Notes under the pieces: generated by a model
The model's database searches: none
What the model was told of the DNA's origin: nothing
Seen by the model: the letters and a program-made list of their open reading frames with translations, nothing else
Position numbers and translations under genes: made by a program
Part shown: one piece after another, positions 43,166-56,974 of the stretch
Layout of the letters: every line of letters begins with the position of its first letter
How positions within the stretch are numbered: the first letter of the stretch is position 1
Source: Schmidtea polychroa
Taxonomy: Eukaryota
Direction of reading: 5' to 3'
Assembly: GCA_044892525.1 (NCBI GenBank)
Contig: CM097885.1
Coordinates: 53,198,001 to 53,262,000, forward strand
Length of the DNA stretch: 64,000 nucleotides

Positions 43166-44334
43166 TAATTTCTCAGTTGTTTTCGGACCTCTTTCGGATT
43201 CGCTTTCGAATTCATTTGTACTTTCGAGCAGCACGCTTAAATCGACTTCGTGAGCGAGAAGCGAATAATAAGGCGTGCTGCTATTATCGGATTGATTCTG
43301 ATGTATGAGTCTGGCCAGCTTGTATATTGGAAGAGATTTGATAAACGAAAGAGGTTGAAATAAAAAAAAATGATCCGGATCAAAAAAACTGTTGAGAGGA
43401 CAGTGAAAAAAAAAAAATACCACTGTCCTCTCAGAGCAGTTTTACTATTTTTCATTTATTTTTTAATTTATATAATTTAAAATCAATAATCTGATAAAGA
43501 TCAAATAGCCCTCTAACTCCATTTTCTTTTCTATTCTCTTTTTAGTTTGAAGCTTTTGAGTTTGAGGCTTTAAAGATTAAAACAGTTAGAGTCATTAAGG
43601 GTGGTTGTTTTCAAAATATAGGGTTAAAATACTATAAAAGTATAAGTTTTAGGTTGTTTTTCTAATAGCTTAAGTGATTTGGAGGTATGTTTTTGTTGGG
43701 GGGCTGTTTTGGTTGGGTATATAACCACACTACTTACGCATTCAAAATCAGTATAAATACTGATCACAAATTCAATTGAAAAACACTCTCTCACTTTTTT
43801 CAACATAGCCACTTAATTTGCAGAACTCTCAGTTTCGATTTTATACCAACGTGGATGTGGTAATTTATTTGTTATTGTTTTCTGTAATTTTTATGAAGTA
43901 TTTTAATTAATAAATTTAATTAATAAATGTCTCGGTTCAATTTTTTTTAGTGATCCTTTTTAATGGTTTAAATTCATTTATTCTAATTCATAGTTTTATT
44001 GAATTCAATTATATTATTTGTTGATTTTGTCGATGGTCTGGGCTGGGGAAAAGTTTGTGGACGGGCGGCACTACGTGCTGTTGGTCGGCAGATATTTCGC
44101 CGGTTGAGTCCATCGAGTTAGAGGACAGTGATAGTGATAGGAATGATTTGGGAGTGTAATGTCATTTTAGGTCGTTTAGGATTTTATTTAGATTTAGATA
44201 ATGTAGGTGGCTTAGTCGCCTTTATGTTTTATAGACATAAGTGAGTTAGGAGTAAAGATGGAATAGTTGAGACCAGTTGAAGATGGATAAAGTTAGATTT
44301 ATGTAATTTTTCCGACAGCTCAGGATTAGAAACA

Positions 44335-44535
44335 CAGGCAGATCCCTGCTCAAAATCTTTGAAGAACAATTTAAATATTATGGCAAGTGTGGATTAACTT
44401 GAAAATAAGGGCCAATCCCTGCGCAAATTTTTCAAAGGATAATTTAAATATTGTAGGAAGTGTAGAACAATAATTACTAGCTGGGAAATAAGGACGGATC
44501 CCTGCACAAAATTTTATAAGAGAACAATTAGAAAT
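44335..44535 (+). repeat. Three degenerate ~75-85-bp tandem units in the LTR
   Basis: Core ATCCCTGC.CAAA....AATT recurs at ~44342, 44415 and 44497. Confidence 0.6.
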
Positions 44536-44844
44536 ACCCGTAATTGAGGACCAACATCGATCCAAAAATAGCATATATAGTGAATAAGGACGTAAGACCT
44601 TCTATCGGCAGTCTAGAACCCGAAAAGAAAATCCAATGGGGAGTAGTTTTAGTAATAGAGCTCACCTGCTCATTGTTTTTTCACCTTTGTGTACAGTACC
44701 AACATGGTCGTCGCCATGGGTACACAAATGGTTTAAATTGCAATAGTCATGGAGGTGCTTAGGAAAGAGTCGAACGATTATGATTACCCCTAACGTATTT
44801 TAAATTGTAAAAAGGACACACCCCTAAGTAACCAACATGATTTT

Positions 44845-44862
44845 TGGGGGCTCAGCCGGGAT
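44845..44862 (+). promoter_or_regulatory. Primer binding site (tRNA-Pro)
   Basis: TGGGGGCTCAGCCGGGAT matches the canonical Pro PBS TGGGGGCTCGTCCGGGAT at 16 of 18 positions; lies just after the LTR end CCAACA. Confidence 0.75.
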
Positions 44863-45867
44863 TACTTGAAAATACAAAACGTACACAATGAATAGGAGAA
44901 TGAACACGAATTTGAAGCAAAATGTAATGCAATGACAATATTAATTTGAAATTAATAAGATTCCAACAAATGAAAATAAAATATAATAATAATCATTTTC
45001 TAAAAAATTAATAGTAAATTTTACCAGTTTTAAGAAAAATTTGTTATGATTTACAAATTGGCGCTATCTTTATTATTTCTTTATATTTATTTGATTTAAA
45101 CTTATTATAATCAACATTCATATAATAATGATAATAATAATAATAATCACTACTCGGTCTGCAATAGTTATTTAAAAATATTTATTCATCCAACATCTGT
45201 GCGAACAAATAAATACAAATTGAATAATCTGGCCATAGTGTTCATTTAACGTTATCAATACTATTGCACATAAAATGAATTAATCATTAACTACACAATT
45301 ATAGAGCCAGATTACAATAATACTATTCATCGGATAAAATTTTGCTCCCAAAACGAAAATGGAATACACAATTTGTACTACTTTTCAACTATTCAGTTTT
45401 TCCGAAAACTTTTTGATCTATTTACCGATCTATTATTCAAAGCATTCTATCTGACAAGTCTACACATGCTTCATGGTATTATAACCAACTTTGGAGACAC
45501 CGACATGTTCAGACAAGATTTTACCCATTTTCATAGTTTTAACTTTTTCTGAACTGGTTTCAACGAGGAAACGCAGTGATGCGCAACGCGCGTTTGGCTC
45601 AGGGGCGTGTTCAGACGCGCATTTGAGCACTACCGCAGTGTATCGATGATAAGGGTGAGTGGAGGAATGGGTGGTGCCGGTGTAGCGTTCAAAGTGTTTT
45701 TTTTGCACGGTTGAATGAACGTTGATGATTTTACATTGCGGTGTCGGTTGGTGTGTGTGCCGGCGGTATGGCATGGCATGTGTGCATGCGTGTTCTGTAC
45801 AATGCGTGTGCAATTGGTATTCTACGTTCATGAAAATCAGCCAATCAGAAACGAGATGTTTTACAGT

Positions 45868-47987
45868 TACACCTAACCGCGAAAGTTAACATTGTCTATA
45901 ATATAAGTTGGTGTGCACACCACCTGAGGTGAGTCACCAATTATATGACAATGTTAACTTAATTTCATTTATTCAATTTTCCAAAAATCGTTTAAAGGTA
46001 AGTTTTTGCATTGAAGTAATTTTTAGGACTTGAATTTTGATTTTATATAATTATGAGATCATTATTCAAGTTCTTAAATATTACTGTTAGTCAGCATTTA
46101 TAATATTGATAATATATAACATTGATAATTAAATTTCAGGTGTTTTTTAGGAATTTTATGGAATTTTATTTGGATTTATTTAGATTTATTTGGATTTATT
46201 TCGTAAAAATGTAAGTTAGATATTTTTATATTTATAAATATGTAAAGTAATCACTAAACATTTATTTTTTAAAGACATTTAGTAAAGAATGGATAAAATA
46301 TTTTTTAAGTTTTTGTAATCTTCTTTCGAATTTTGTCTATTTCTGTAATTCTATGAAAATATTAATTTGTTAAAATAATTTATTAAAATTTACGATTTGC
46401 GATATTTTTCCTGCAAATTCAAAGATGTCGAAGGATCTTCTTCAATATCTGTAAATCTAAAGAAATTTTATATTCTAAATTATTTTATAATTAAATCTTA
46501 CGATGTATTTACTTCTTTTTCCCTAAAGCTCAACGTAGAGCAGTCGGAATCTGATTCAAAAGTTTTTTTGTACATAATTTTTTAAATAATTTTAAAATAT
46601 TGATATGTTAATTATATGTTAATCAATCTGAATTTCGCATGAAAAACACTTTACTTAATTTTGTATGTATTTTTCATTATGTGTGCTGTGCTTGTATGCT
46701 TAATTATTTTCTCTCACTTTTTAGATTCCTACACCCGTTTCCACAATATAAGAGTTTCTATAATCTAAAAAAAAATCGATAAAATTATATTATAGCAACA
46801 CACAAACTTACCTGTGTGCAAAAATTTAATGTTCCGAATGTAGAAAGTTTTATTATAGGAATTGAGAAAGTGACAGAAAAATAATTTTACATACAAACAC
46901 AGGACACATAATATAAAATACACGCAAATTTAATATAGCTTTTTTTGTTCCGAAAGTAGAGAGTCATTAACATACTGTTAACATATCATTAATTTAAAAT
47001 TATTAAAATTCATGGCTGAAAAAAATTTGGATTTTGAATCTGACAACTCAACTTTGAGTTTTTGAGAAATGGACGACAAAACATCGTAAGATCTATTTAT
47101 AAAATATTTTTGAAGTTAATATTTCTTTAGATTTTCAGATATTTCTTTGGAGACATTTCCATTTTGCGAAGGTGAAGAATTGACAATGTAAGAATTTTTT
47201 CATTTAATTACAAATAATTAAAATATTTTACAGCATATCAGATATTTCTAGTCAAACGCCTTTGTGTGAAGATATTCAACAAGTTCCATCGACATCTTTG
47301 GAATTGAAGAAAAAAATTCGAAAATCGTAAATTTTAATAACTAAAAAAAAATAATATTTTCAAAGAATTTCAGAAAATGACAAAATCCGTCTCATCAATG
47401 CATATGAAAATGGAGAAAATTATAAAGATTTTGGAAGATTACTGGGAATCTCCAAAAAATCGATTGGAACCATTATTTCTTAAAAAAATAAATGTTTTTG
47501 GTGATTATTTTATTTCTTTTTAGTTAAAAATATATATAACTTACATTTTATTGAAATAATTCCAAATTCATTACATATCATAAAATACCTAAAAAAGCAC
47601 CTGAAATTTAATTATCAATATATTATAAATATATTATAAATGCTGATTATTATATTTAAGAGCTTGAATAATGATCTCATAATTATATGAAATCAAAATT
47701 CAAGCCTTAAAATATACTTAAATTTAAAAAACTTACTTCTAAAACCAAAAATATTATTGAATTGAGAATGAAAAAATGAAATAAACATTCTCATAAATGG
47801 TGAGTCATCGATAGATGAACACACCAACATGTATTATAGAGACTTTTAACATGTGGAAACGGGTGGAATATGTTAAATTTCGCGGCATTAAATTTCTACA
47901 CACAGGTAAGTTTGTGTGTTCCTATAATATATATTTATTGATTTTTTTTTTAGATTATAGATAATGTTATATTTCGCGGTTAGGTGT
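45868..47987. mobile_element. Two related non-autonomous TIR elements (Tc1/mariner-like) nested in opposite orientation
   Basis: Outer TIR TACACCTAACCGCGAAA / TTTCGCGGTTAGGTGTA; inner TIR CACCCGTTTCCACA (~46732) / TGTGGAAACGGGTG (~47865). 45885-46700 is a diverged inverse of 46880-47850. HTH remnant RLINAYENGENYKDFGRLLGISKKSI at ~47390-47480. Confidence 0.65.
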
Positions 47988-50339
47988 ATTTGTTTTTCGT
48001 TTTTAGATTTCACTTCTTTTGGATTTGGATTGTTGCTGTAATGTTCAGATGAAATTGAAATGATATGAGATTGACAGAACGAAAATGGAATACGTTTTTA
48101 TTGATTTTACCATGTCTATCAATTGGAATAATAATTCGAACATTTACTTTTGAAAATGATGCTGGAAATTTGATTAGTTCTTCGATTCATTGCAATTTCT
48201 CTCGGTTCGTTTCGTTGCTTTTGTCGATGTCGAGTAAAACTTTGAGCGACTTTTCAGTGCAGTATAGTTGGAATGGTTATATATATTTTTTATTGATTTT
48301 ATGGACTTTACTAATTAAATCAAGTATGTTTTATAAGTATTTTAAAATTCAGTTTTTAATAAAATTATGTATGGATTTCTATTTTTGATTTAATTGGTTA
48401 AAATAAAACAGAAAATTGTCAAATTTGCATGTATGAAAATGATTTTTAATTATGTTACTATGGCATTTTGTACTTGTATACAAATTTATATGCACTTAAA
48501 TAATTATTGTTAGTCAGTAATGGGATAATCAATGTATTAATAAATCATGTCCACTGGTCAGAACCATCAATTTATTTGGTGTTATTAATCTCAGGATAGT
48601 GGTAATTTTAAAATTTTTTATATATGCGTAAAATATTCCATTATAAATTCGTGTGTTGTATAAATAGTGTTGATTTATGCGTCTTAGTACTATTGACTTG
48701 ACCCTATGTGTTGGTCTGCCTTGTCTGTAATAAAATATCACAAGTGTCCTAAACAACTGTAGTGGAATTTCTATTCTAAAAATGTTAGTAGATTTTATTT
48801 ATGGTGCCGATTATTGTATTCCGTTGGATTCCGAGAATGCGGCCTGATTCGTGATAATCATGGCCATCCGCCATGAATTTGATGATTCTTTCGTTGTCAG
48901 CAATGGCCATTCCATTTAGATTTTATAAAATGTCTGAAGTTTAAATGAAAAGCTTACACATTTGGCTATGAATTTCTCGAAACGAAATAGTCGATTCTGA
49001 TGAGACTACAGACATCCTCGTACATTTTTTTTGTTGTTAATTTTAAATTGGAAAATTTCAGCTGATTAAATGCCCTTGTTGAATCAATATCCTGTTGCAT
49101 GTGTCTTGTGAGCCGTGTTTGTTTGTGCTTGTTTATAATATATATATTATTAACATCGATTTTGTTTCCTATTTTTGTATAATATAATTGCCAATTTAAT
49201 TTCACATTGCTAATTCATACGCACATTTATTATAGGTAAGCTAAGGTTTATATTATAAAAAACCCAAATCAGTGCCCATTCGATGGTGATCGGCTGCCGG
49301 TCGGTGTAATTATTTACAAATTATGATTATAGTAAAGACGAAAGGGCGGGTGAAATCATACACCCGGAAAGCATGTAGATACACCGGTAAGACAAGACAC
49401 TTGCAACTATAAGTTTTTACAAATATATTTCGGTTGGTGCGCATCTTGGCAATGATTTTAATTGACACGCTTCTATACATCGAGTGCTCGTGATTGGAGC
49501 TTGATCGAATGGTGCATTATTGACTCCTATAAAATCATGATATTGTGTTACAGGCGGTTGTTTGCAAATAAATCTTAGGCGTAATCAAAAATCAATTATC
49601 GTGTGTATGGAATTAATAATCTGTTTCGAGGAAATTGCTAGCAGTGCATTGAGGAATTTATTAGGAAATTATAAATTATACGGAGTAGCAAATCGTAATT
49701 AATTGGTTTCGACAAAATTACTCTATTTTGTAAGATAGACGGAATGTTCTTTGCTAAAAATGATTGGATACGCCCAGAACAAAAGAATAATGTATGAATA
49801 TCGTTACATCCGGATTTTAGTAAATTCAGGGTTTGACAATAGGATAAGTAAGCTAAGCTAATTTTATGAAAATAAATAAGTCTTCTCCTTGATAATTTGT
49901 CCTTGTTTGGTTGAATGGTTGAATGATGGGCCAGCAATTGGTTGAGGATTGGTTATGCAGGCTCTTGATAATATTTATGTCAATGAATTATTAAATGTTA
50001 ATTGTTATTACGTTGATTAGTGAATGGATAAACCGAGGGAATGATAGCGGCTTTAGAAGGGGAACTTTTTGAGAATATACTGATAAATGAATATGTAATG
50101 GTATGAATGATTATATGCAAATGATATATAAGAATGTATGGATTAGGGGGTTTATGAAAAAGCAAGCTATATATGATTCTGGTATTGAGTTGTCGATACA
50201 TACAGTGTATGATAAGGACTATTTAAACCAATTATACTCTACAGGTAATACCTTCTACGCATACCAACCCAAGGGTAGAGTACCCAAGGATGTTAAATGC
50301 ATCGGTAAAATGGAAAGACCAAACCATAAAAACGATTGA

Positions 50340-51238
50340 ATAAACATCCAAATGAAAAATACGATAAAACTCGACAGATAACAAAGTACCAAACGATAAA
50401 TAAAGCAAATGATAACCATGTCTTAGCTTCTGCAAATGTGAATCTGAGACGAACAACATTATAGATAAAGAGATGAGTTTACCAGACGAAACCGAGCGAG
50501 TCAACAGATTCTACTGAAAGTAAAAGAAAGTAAAGACAAGAAAAGACATCGAAACATCACGAATAGAAATGAACAAAATGAACAAAAGCGTTAAGTAAAA
50601 GAACAAAAACAAGAACTAAACTTGCTGGTAACTCGAAAAATAAATCTGAACCAAAGACAATCGAGAATAACTGCGAAAAAATAAAATCACGGTACAAAAA
50701 TAGAGCAAAAACAAATCGAAATAAAATCTTCGTGACAAAGGCACGAGAACTAAGTTAAAAGGCAGTGAAAAACTTTGCAAAATAGGCGAACATCACAGAC
50801 ACCCAGGGTACGTAGAAAATGAATTCTAAAACTTATGTAAAACGACTCGAGAGATTGACAAAGTATAGAGAGAAATCAATGAAAGTAAATATACAAGATA
50901 CGAGAATAACATGATAGGTATCAACGAAAATGATCCAGCGAAAGAAACCAGGAAGCCTAAGGTTAGCCAAAGTAATATGAATATACAAGACAGTTATACG
51001 TACGATGCTCATATTAATAACCGGAAAGAAGTATGAAAAATTATCCAACGTCAACGATAGAGAATTGGAAACAATTAGAACCAGACGGGTGAAATATACA
51101 GTAAATGAAAGAGTACAGAACACTAAACTAAGAACAGTGGGGAGAGATCTAGCAAGTATCACGAATTACGAACCCACATACATAGAAAGGGTGATGACTA
51201 TATATAGTGTGAACAATGAATATATAAAGGTATATGAT

Positions 51239-51278
<40 letters not shown>

Positions 51279-54200
51279 CGCGGTATAATTAGTATATAAC
51301 TTTGGGAAATAAAATGTAATAAAATTCAGATAAAAGATTAGGAATCAATGTAGGTGAATTAATAGAATGAAACGGATCACAATGGAAATCAATCCCAATA
51401 CCGCCACAGGAGAAATATGGAAGCAGAAAGGCGTCATATTATCGTAAATAACATTAGCTATACAGAAGCAAGGAATCTCATGGAGGAACAATCTAATCGA
51501 AAATTTGGACAATGAATTTGTTCGTGAGAGAATAATCAAGGACCAGAGAGGAAAAATTGAACTAAAGTGAAGAGAAAATAGAACGACTCTAATGATAAAG
51601 CCGAATGTGAGAAATGAACCACTAAGAATAGCTGAGGAAAACAAAGGGGGAAAGATATGGTCAGAATGTAACGGAGAATATCAGACGTAAAAAGGAAACG
51701 GGAAAAGGAAAAGGCATTAAGATGAAGATGGGGTACAAATAGTTATAACAAATCCAGCATAGTATTCATTGAAAATTGTTATAAGATGATGAGTAAACTA
51801 TTCCGAGAGGGAGATGGAATGAGCAGAAGAACACTGTATCTGTATTTTGCGTAAAAGAGAAAAACACAACGAACTATTAGCATGGTCATAACATTGAAAA
51901 GAGACGGTAATGGCAGAACTGAGTGCCAAAAAGAGGACTAATTGTATATAAATAATTGCATATATCGGTGTATACACCCCAACAAAAATGATATATAATA
52001 AAAGTAGAGGACCGATCACCGTAAACAAAGATAAAATAATGCGAAAACTCAAATTATTAAAATCTACACTTATTTAAGAGTAAGGAAAATTAATCAGAGA
52101 AAATGGTCGTTTGGCAAATATGGTAGAGAGGACACGAGAACAAAAAACTGAAAACCGAGAGAACACAAGATAATAGATAAATCAAATAATGAATGTCGAG
52201 GACGACATTTTGCGAAGACGCGGAGGAAAAATGAGATCAAACTAGGACAACAACAAACGGCAGATCAAGATGAAAGTCAAAATGGACATGAGCAGTAATA
52301 GGAACAATCGGGAAAATTATACAAAAACATGATTGACAGAAAATGAAGAGCGCACATATAGCAAAATAGAATGTGAACAAATAAACACAATAAAAATGAC
52401 AAAGAAAACACAAAACGAAATGAACAAACAGAAAACAACAAGTAACAAATTCACAGAAAGAAAGCAAGGGCAAAGACATTTGAATGAAAAATCAAAATTA
52501 CGAGAAACAACAAATATAAAATGAAACGCGATACATTATAATAGAACAAAAGTGAAAGCTTAACATCATGACACGGAAAATTAAAATAACGAGAAATACT
52601 AACAAAAATGAGACCAATTAGAAACATGGAACAAAAGTTTTAGTTATGGAAAACGAACATACTGCCTACTTTTACGATGGAACAAAAAGTTACAATAATG
52701 AAAAACAAACGAACTGTCTGCTTTTATTACGAAACAAGAAGTTGAAATTGTGGGATTGAATAAATTCAGAAACGATAAATGCAATAATATCAACCACTCC
52801 ACGAACAGCTAGGGAGAAATGCGTACAGATGTAGATATCCAGATATAGGTGGATATGAGTATATGAATATATGTTTATGGATAAGGGTATGTATATAAGT
52901 ATATGCGTGTATATGTAGACATAGATAAACAATTAAATGAGATAATGAAAATAAATGACCAATCAAAGTTACGCGCCAAAAGTAAAATATCAAATAGACG
53001 CGGAAATAAGTTAAAAACATAAAATATAGGGAGTGGAACAAAGAGGCCCATAAACAGAAAAACAACAAACAAATTTTGAAAACGTAAATATACGAAATGA
53101 GAAACATTATGACGGGGAAAATCAGTGAGAGGTAACATAAAAAATCAAAGCTGAGGAAAATATACAAATACGGAAGCGATAAATTACAAAATTGAGCAGG
53201 GATGTTTCGTAAATAAATCATTAACGAATAGAAGGGTAACGAATAAAATGGATAAACTAATATTAACAAATAATGCGAGAGGGATCTGCCTGAGGAAATA
53301 GTGGACATATTAACAAGAAACAAGTCAACCGAAGCGGTGAGAGTAAAAGCGATAGCAATAAGACGTTAACTAGACAAGAGACGTGGATATATTTAGAATA
53401 ATGAAAAAGGACCAAGAGTAATCGAGATAAGTAGATTAAGAGCATTGCGTAAAAACGAGAATAAAGTATTACGAAAATTGAGAGCAAAAGAATAAGGAAA
53501 AAAATTTTTTTCCCTGTTAAGATTTAGGAAATCCACAACTTATGAGCTACGCTCAGCGTAGTACGGATAAGGCCCAGGAAAGTACCAACTGTACTGACGA
53601 AAGATGTGGAACAGGGCCCATCGCATATACTGGAACATCTCTGCGTGTGACTGATCACCACACGATCGGATATCGACCAGTGCGAGTGTTTCACATCCAG
53701 AGTCAGGAGAGTGGGGAAAACCTGGAAGAGTAGTAAAAAGAAGCATGCAGGAGAAATAAAAGGAAGACCAATTAACTGGAAAAAGACAAAGCGAAGTAAA
53801 GAGAAACAATTAGAGCTTAAAGATTAAATTCATAAGATAACCAGTAGGCGAATAATAGATGCGAATAATAGATGCGAATAATAGATGCGAATAATAGATG
53901 CGAATAATAGATGCGAATAATAGATGCGAATAATAGATGCGAATAATAGATGCGAATAATAGATGCGAATAATAGATGCGAATAATAGATGCGAATAATA
54001 GATGCGAATAATAGATGCGAATAATAGATGCGAATAATAGATGCGAATAATAGATGCGAATAATAGATGCGAATAATAGATGCGAATAATAGATGCGAAT
54101 AATAGATGCGAATAATAGATGCGAATAATAGATGCGAATAATAGATGCAAATAATAGATGCGAATAAGAGATACGAATATAAATGAGAATAATGGCTACG

Positions 54201-54446
54201 AATAGGAACGGAAATAACAGACGTGAATATAGACGAGAATGTAAAAGGAAAGATAAACGAGAATATAGATGAGTACCTAGAAAGAAACATAGACGGGAAT
54301 ATAAATGAGAATACAGCCGAAGTCATTGACAGATATATAACTGAAAATAAATAAGATCGTGAAGGAAAAAGACGAAAAACGAATTGAAAATAGACAACCG
54401 TGTAGGAGAATAGATGAGAATATAGAATGAATAATGGAGAACCGAG
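50340..54446 (+). mobile_element. Purine/A-skewed decayed internal region, probably of a large LTR retroelement
   Basis: Strong strand asymmetry over >4 kb, no intact ORF, ends at an LTR-like TGTTGGG. Boundaries approximate. Confidence 0.35.
53848..54167. repeat. Minisatellite (GCGAATAATAGAT)n, 13-bp unit, ~24 copies
   Basis: Near-perfect tandem array that degenerates towards 54320. Confidence 0.95.
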
Positions 54447-55640
54447 TGTTGGGCTAGAACTGATTTCTAGACCCAAAGTTGGGAATGGGACGAAATGTGT
54501 CAGTACACAACACGCATACCCAGTATTAAGTTTACTTAAATAAAAATATATAAAACACCAAGTAAACAATGATAATAGAGAGATAATATACCCAAAAATA
54601 AAACATCTGAATTAAAAATAAAATAAAACACGAGCAAGAAGTATTACACGAAAACTTACTCAAATATAACCGAAAGACATAAAACAACAAAAAACAAATT
54701 CGAATAAAGGCGATTAGTAAAAATTAAAAAAGAAAATTAAAGAAAATCTTCATAAAATCTTACGTAAAGAAAATTATATCGATATTTTGAATAAAAATCC
54801 AGAACAATTCATAAAAATGGCGAAATCCATCATGACGGCCAAACGACCCAATAAAATTTATAAAAAATAAATATTTTAGTTTAAAAAATAAATATTTTAG
54901 AAAAGAAATCATAAAAAACAATTTAAAAATAAGAAATAGATTGAATTTAGCATGGACTGTTCTGGAAATGCTGAAATCCATCATGGAGGCAAATTTAATA
55001 AAAAATAATTCGAAAATAAAATTTCAAAAATAAAAACAAAAATTCTTACTGAAAAATCGCCATCAAAATCGATAAAAATTAAAAATCGAATGTTCGAGAA
55101 TTAAAATAATCTGAATTTGTTTTACTGCATCAATGCACGCATGTATACTTACACGTCAAACAGAGGCTATATAAACTAACACATTTCGTCACTTTTTAAG
55201 CAAGCAAGGAAAAAAAAATGCAAATGAATATTTTTACTCTTATGCCAAATTTTTGGTTTTGATTTCTCTGAGATTGTAGGTAAGGACGATTTCATTGTGA
55301 ATTATAAATTATTATTATTGAAAGCTTGTTTTCATTATTTCTTTTTAACTATAGAAATGTAGGTTTGAGTGAGATCGTCGGTTATCATTGATTTTGAAGC
55401 GAGATCCCAGCCAACCCTGCACCTATGCACTTTATCATCGATGATTAAACAGCCCACAATGATTGCAGGCCACTGCCTGGCACGCACTTATCAATATTAT
55501 TTGTTTTTTTTTGTTCAGGTCATTCGGAGGTCGCACCACTTCATGGTTCTGCCATGGAGTTAAGTCGATGAAATCCTCCGTCTGACTCTACCTATTTATT
55601 ATAGGTCAGCCGTAAAGGGTTGACTTACCACACAACAGTA
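54447..55640 (+). mobile_element. LTR-like sequence
   Basis: Starts TGTTGGGCT as at 29148; A-rich U3-like segment, TATATAAA at ~55168, T-rich then GC-rich segment. Right boundary uncertain. Confidence 0.4.
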
Positions 55641-56079
55641 AGGTTTGTCGTAGTGGTCACAGTGGGGCCGCGAAAGCAAACACTCTTCCCGACTTTCAAT
55701 GCATGAATAATTTACATAGTTAAAATCTACATCCAAAATCATCACAATACAATACACTAAGGTTAATAAACAAAGTAGATCTCAGACCTAAATTAATCAC
55801 AACTCTACAATTCACAATTAATGTAGACGGTTAAATATCATCAAGAACCAAGTCTACCTATACGTTTGTCGAATCTAGATTTATAAATGTCTTAAATAAA
55901 TTTTCTAGTAATAGTGTAAAGTAAAGATTTTTTAAAAAATGATTGATTTAGTAGTGATAGTATTCATAAAGGTGTTCGACATGCGCATCAGCAAGACTTG
56001 GATTTTAAATTGAATAGACTCTAAACTAACTATAAAAATTCAAATCGTAAACCCATAACAGTATAAATTATCCTCTCAA

Positions 56080-56950
56080 TTTCATAAAAATGTGAATTAT
56101 ACTTATAGATTTAATTTCTTCAAAATATAAATTATGATTAGTTATAAAGGTATAAATTATAAATTTAATTTCTTGAATTTATAAATTACAAATTTGTATT
56201 GACGATAAAAATTATAAATTATAACTCTAAGTTAATTATAAAAGTATAAATTATAATCTTAACTTCATAAAAATATAAATTAAAAATTATATTAGCTTTG
56301 GAAATATAAACTATAAATTGAACTTCACCAAATATAAATTATAAACTTAAAAGTATAAATTATAAAATTATATGGGCTCTAAAATATAAACTATAAATTT
56401 AACTTCATAAAAATATAAATTATAAAATTATATTAGCTTTAAAATATAAACTATAAATTTAACTTAACTTCATAAAATATAAATTATAAACTTAAAAGTA
56501 TAAATTATAAAATTATATTAGCTTTAGAAATATAAACTATAAATTTAACTTTATAAAAATATAAATTATAAAATTATATTAGCTTTAAAATATAAACTAT
56601 AAATTTAACTTAACTTCATAAAATATAAATTATAAACTTAAAAGTATAAATTATAAAATTATATTAGCTTTAGAAATATAAACTATAAATTTAACTTTAT
56701 AAAAATATAAATTATAAAATTATATTAGCTTTAAAATATAAACTATAAATTTAACTTAACTTCATAAAATATAAATTATAAACTCAAAAGTATAAATTAT
56801 AAAATTATATTAGCTTTAAAAACATAAACTATAAATTTAATTTCATAAAAATATAAATTATAAACTTATATTAGCTGAAAGACTATAAATTATAATCTTA
56901 ATTTGGTCATAAAAGTATAAAATATAAACTACGTTAGCGATAAAAATATA
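56080..56950. repeat. AT-rich compound tandem repeat
   Basis: Repeated ATAAATTATAAAATTATATTAGCTTTA(A/G)AATATAAACTATAAATTTAACTT units. Confidence 0.85.
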
Positions 56951-56974
56951 ATCTATAATAAGTTGTAAATATTT

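Larger units (their letters stand above)
29707..43734. mobile_element. Polinton/Maverick (adintovirus-like endogenous virus), 14,028 bp, termini intact, coding region partly disabled
   Basis: AGTAGT...ACTACT termini; perfect 6-bp TSD TACGCA (29701-29706, 43735-43740); ~0.9-kb TIRs; pPolB, integrase, ATPase, protease, MCP and penton genes. Confidence 0.97.
42821..43734 (-). repeat. Right terminal inverted repeat of the Polinton
   Basis: Reverse complement of 29707-30630. Confidence 0.95.
29148..44837 (+). mobile_element. ~1.65-kb LTR (TGTTGG...CCAACA) interrupted by the Polinton
   Basis: Inverted termini at 29148 and 44837. A-rich U3; CCAAT (on minus strand, ~29690) and TATAAATA (43752) separated only by the insertion. 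Followed by a tRNA-Pro PBS. Confidence 0.6.

Noticed and set aside
29143..44868. ACTTG before the LTR start and again after the PBS as a TSD
   Set aside because: Not adjacent to the LTR end; a 5-mer match can be chance.
53817..54569. 250-aa and 106-aa ORFs with YSHLLFASIIRIY repeats; possible CRISPR-like array
   Set aside because: Translation artefact of a 13-bp tandem repeat; no spacers and no cas genes.
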